Assembly (NCBI RefSeq): GCF_009914755.1
Contig: NC_060941.1
Length of the DNA stretch: 64,000 nucleotides
Direction: 5' to 3' (one strand)
Origin: the human T2T-CHM13v2.0 reference genome, Homo sapiens
The first letter of the stretch is position 1; each line of letters begins with the position of its first letter. The translations under genes and the position numbers were made by a program. The notes beneath the pieces were generated by a model. That model did no database searches and had not been told where the DNA came from. It was given only the letters and a program-made list of their open reading frames with translations. Below, piece after piece: positions 60,189 to 64,000 of this stretch.

Positions 60189-60296
60189 CAGTCAGCTCTC
60201 CATATCTGTGGGGCACTGGTTTCAGGACAACCCGCAGATGCCAAAATCTGCTATGCTCAAGTCCCTTATAAAAATAGCACATTATTATAGTACTGT
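60189..60296. mobile_element. MER2 (Tigger-derived) fragment
   Basis: CAGTC...TATCTGTGGGG...TGGTTTCAGGAC...CCAAAATC...ATGCTCAAGTCCCTTATA. Confidence 0.75.
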
Positions 60297-61158
60297 ATTC
60301 TCTGCATGTGGGGAAGGAGAACCTTTTTTTGCTATTATTGCCTCCAAATCCATTCCTGTCCCTTCACCCATGTGCACCCAGCCCTCTTTGCCTGCTCTCA
60401 TTAGTCCTAAGTGATCTCTTTGCCAAGTCTATTCTCTGACCCAGCTCTTTTATATGAAGCATTCCCAAAATGTCTTAATGTTACACTAAGAAGTGGATTT
60501 CAGTTCAGTGGATGAAGAAGAGGAGGATAAAAGGTAATTTTAGGGGAAAGGGTGATTTTGGTTCACACTAAAGCAGTACATGGAGGCATCAAGCTCCAGA
60601 GATACACAGGGGAAGGACCAGAGAGGACAGTTTAGTTTCCAAGAGATAGCACCGCAACTTTTCTGAGGGCTGACTGTATTTTCTTATTTCCTAGAGATGA
60701 GATTTGTCCTACTAAACTTTTATTGGAGGTAAATAATTTCCGTATCATTTAATCTCTGCATTTTACAATATGCATTCACAAAAATACAAATGGATAATGT
60801 TCATAGATTTGTTTTTCTATCCTGTATTGGACACTGACTGTCTTATTTGCTATGTTTTTGGGGTACCATGCTGTCCACCAGGCAAAAAAATTCCTGCCAT
60901 TCCAGACAACAAAAGCTTTTGAAATTGCCTCATAATTTTCTGCCTCTGCACCTTAAGTCATGATGTTTCTTTCTGCTTATATTTTTCCCATCTATCAGCA
61001 TCCAGCCATTATTCTGCACATGAATATGTGTTCCCCAGAGTCTCTGAGGACATGCAAGTTTCATTATTGTAATGCCTTATTCTAGCCTCCTCTTATTCAA
61101 CTTTTTCCCCCCATCACAACAAAAAGCGAGAGGAAGGTTTTGGTGTTATTCTTCGTGA

Positions 61159-61445
<287 letters not shown>

Positions 61446-61604
61446 ATTCTTCTTAAGGTCTCTAGACAGCTTGTGACCGGCAATGCCTGTCAGCTAGACA
61501 GGTCAAGTTTCCAGTGCATCCGTGCATTTCCAGCATCTGAGTACCAAATACACCTCAACGTACCCTCAACAGGCACACATCCCTGCACAGTACAGTAAAA
61601 CTAG

Positions 61605-61654
61605 GATGGGTTCAAATCTCAATGTAACTGTGTATGTTGAGATTTGAACCCATC
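61605..61654 (+). other. Perfect 18-bp inverted repeat forming a 50-nt hairpin
   Basis: GATGGGTTCAAATCTCAA (61605-61622) / TTGAGATTTGAACCCATC (61637-61654). Confidence 0.9.
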
Positions 61655-62338
61655 ATTAGATGAACTTGTAGCCAAAACAAACAAAAATGTCAATGAAAGA
61701 ACAAATATAAATAAAACGCAGAAACTCCTGATGGCTTGGTTTGCTGAACTAACCTGGGTTCTTATAAAAAATATGTGTTCTTTACAGAACTTGATCAGGG
61801 CTCTTGATTTTTTTATAATCAAAAAGCCTGTTTATACTTGCATTTTTATTTCATTGGTTTTGTGATGATTTTATATTGAGTATTCTCATATCAATCAATA
61901 GATATTGACCTTTGTAATAAGCTGTAGGTGTTTTCAGAAACTTTTTAACACTATTACATTTTCTTCAGGCATTAGAAAGTCAGATTGTTTTTACAATTGT
62001 GGAAAATTGTTTGAAACTTCATACATTGATTTTGGTTTATTGCAAGGTAATTATTTGTGGGTTTCAAACCCCAGTATTTAACTACTCCTTCATCTGCAAG
62101 CACTGATGTGCTTCCCATTATTGAAGTATAGACTAACTTTAGAAGACAGAGCCAGGAGATCTGAAACAGTGCTACACTGGGGCCATGGTTGCTGTGGGCT
62201 TTGCATAGTTGTATTTGAGGTGTGAAGCCCTTTATACAAAATTTTGTGTTTTTAGATGCTACCAATAGCTGCATGCATTGTCTGCATTGTGGGTAAAGTG
62301 GGACTGTAGTGCTCATCAAAGGGAGATACATAGGGCTG

Positions 62339-62715
62339 TGACATAGTTTGGATTTGTGTCCCTCCCCGCCAAGTCTTTTAATTGTAATCCTCAGTGTTGG
62401 AAGAGGGGCCTGGTGGAAGATGATTGGATTATGGGAGCAGATTTCCCCCTTGCTGTTCTCATGACAGTGAGTGAGTTCTCATGAGATCTAGTTGTTTAAA
62501 AGTATTAGACCTCCTGCTCTCTCTTCCTCCTGCTCCAGCCATGTAAGATGTGCCTCTTTCCTCTTCATCATCTGCCATGATTGTAAGTTTCCTGAGGCCT
62601 CCCCAGCCATGCTTCCTGCACATACTTCCTGTACATCCTGCAGAGCTGTGAGTCAATGAAACCCCTTTTCTTTATAAATTAGCCAGTCTCAGATATTTCT
62701 TTATAGCAATGCAAA
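62339..62715 (+). mobile_element. MaLR LTR, MSTA/THE1D-like
   Basis: TGACATAGTTTGGATTTGTGTCC...CTGCCATGATTGTAAGTTTCCTGAGGCCTCCCCAGCC...TTTATAGCAATG. Confidence 0.9.
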
Positions 62716-62721
62716 TCCAAT

Positions 62722-62794
62722 GCCCCACCTTGATACATGGGTACTATTACACTTCAAGATCAGATTTGGGTGGGGACACAGCCAACCCTTATCA
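62722..62794 (-). mobile_element. 5' end of a second THE1/MST LTR in the opposite orientation
   Basis: GATTTGGGTGGGGACACAGCCAA...TATCA. Confidence 0.8.
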
Positions 62795-62967
62795 TGTGAC
62801 TAAGATTTGCATTTTCTTACCTAAGGAGGCATGTCACATTCTCTTTCTTCCTTGGAGCTCTTACTCCTTGTTACTAGGGCACAATTATATTCATGGAGGT
62901 AAACCATATTTATTTATCTTACACAGGATTCATGAATATCTAATTTTTCTGTATGAATATGAATGTC

Positions 62968-63450
62968 CTGTAAAATGGTCACTAAAGATCCCCATTTTCT
63001 TGTATTCATGCCCTGTGTAAGTATGCTTCACTCAAGTGTGGACTGGACAAGGTGACTTGGTTCTAACCATTAGAATACAGAAGGGATAATGGAATGTCAT
63101 TTCCTTGATTACAGTATAAAAGAAGCAAGCTGCCAAGTTCGAGAGGCCCACATAGCTTAAAATTGAGGGCAGCTTCTGGACAACAGCCAGCTAGTAACTG
63201 AGCCCCTCAGTCCGACAGACCAAGGGGAACTGAGTAAACTGCCAATACTATGAAGTAAACTTAGAGGCAGACCTTTCCCCAGTCAAACCTTCAGATGGGA
63301 CAGCAGCCCCCTGAGCCAACTTCATGGGATTGCAAGACCATGAAGCAGAGGACCCAGCTAAGTCATTTCAAAATACCTTACACACAAAATTGCTAATCAA
63401 AAAATGTGTGTTGTTTTAATCCACTAATTTTAGGATTATTTATTATACAG
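62968..63450 (+). mobile_element. MaLR LTR, MLT1E-like
   Basis: GTATTCATGCCCTGTGT...CCCCAGTCAAACCTTCAGATG...TGTTGTTTTAATCCACTAATTT. Confidence 0.75.
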
Positions 63451-64000
63451 TGAAAGATATTGAATACAATGGATGTTGGACGTTGAGGAACGAATGTGAC
63501 TGGTGAACTTGGGGCCCAAATGTTGGGAATGCACAGGTGCATCTGAAACTTTGCTAATGCTAGTTGACATGTGCTGTAGTTCATGAGATATCTAAAGCCC
63601 TTATGAAAGTATTGGATAGGATTCAGGAAGAATGCGACCAACGGATTTCTTCTACTTTTTGGTGTTGTACTGTTGGGAGAGGGGACTGACTAGAGGGAGA
63701 CTTGGGAATGATATCACAGTAATAAAATACATTTAGATAGGCAACATTAAGTTAATGAAGTATGTTTAGATTCTGGGAACCAGGCTGGTTTTCATTTATT
63801 CTTTGGAATATAATGGGGATGCTGCTATAAATGGGCAGTCACCATAATGGTAAAATCTTTGAGTGTTTAGAAAATCATGTAACTCAGAAGCATTAGCATG
63901 AGAAGAGGCTATTAAAGCCAGTGCAAATTGCAAAACTATGCTGTTTCAGAAAAAAAAAATCGTAAACTAGTACTTGGCTCTGAATTGAATATTAAATAAG

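Overview
Primate, very probably human, non-coding genomic DNA (intergenic or deep intronic); the human call rests on an AluYg6 copy. I see no credible protein-coding exon, RNA gene or CpG-island promoter. The supplied ORFs are Alu/L1/LTR/low-complexity artefacts, except for retroviral remnants. A large part of the window is interspersed repeat: about 22 Alu copies, 8 L1 fragments, MIR/L2, MaLR LTRs, solo MER57 and LTR13 LTRs, hAT/mariner MITEs, an ERVL-type pol relic, and an internally deleted two-LTR HERV-H provirus (46328-48973, minus strand). That provirus has a tRNA-Phe-like PBS and an intact Gag N-terminus. The structures not explained by standard repeat annotation are: (1) a ~1.3 kb inverted duplication with ~370 bp arms (37579-38914); (2) a three-piece inverted templated insertion in the middle of an AluJ (29920-30046), copied from ~1 kb downstream; (3) a pre-miRNA-sized hairpin (61605-61654); (4) a 151 bp tandem duplication inside a MIR. 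Subfamily names come from remembered consensus sequences and identities from by-eye alignment, so both need RepeatMasker/Dfam confirmation.
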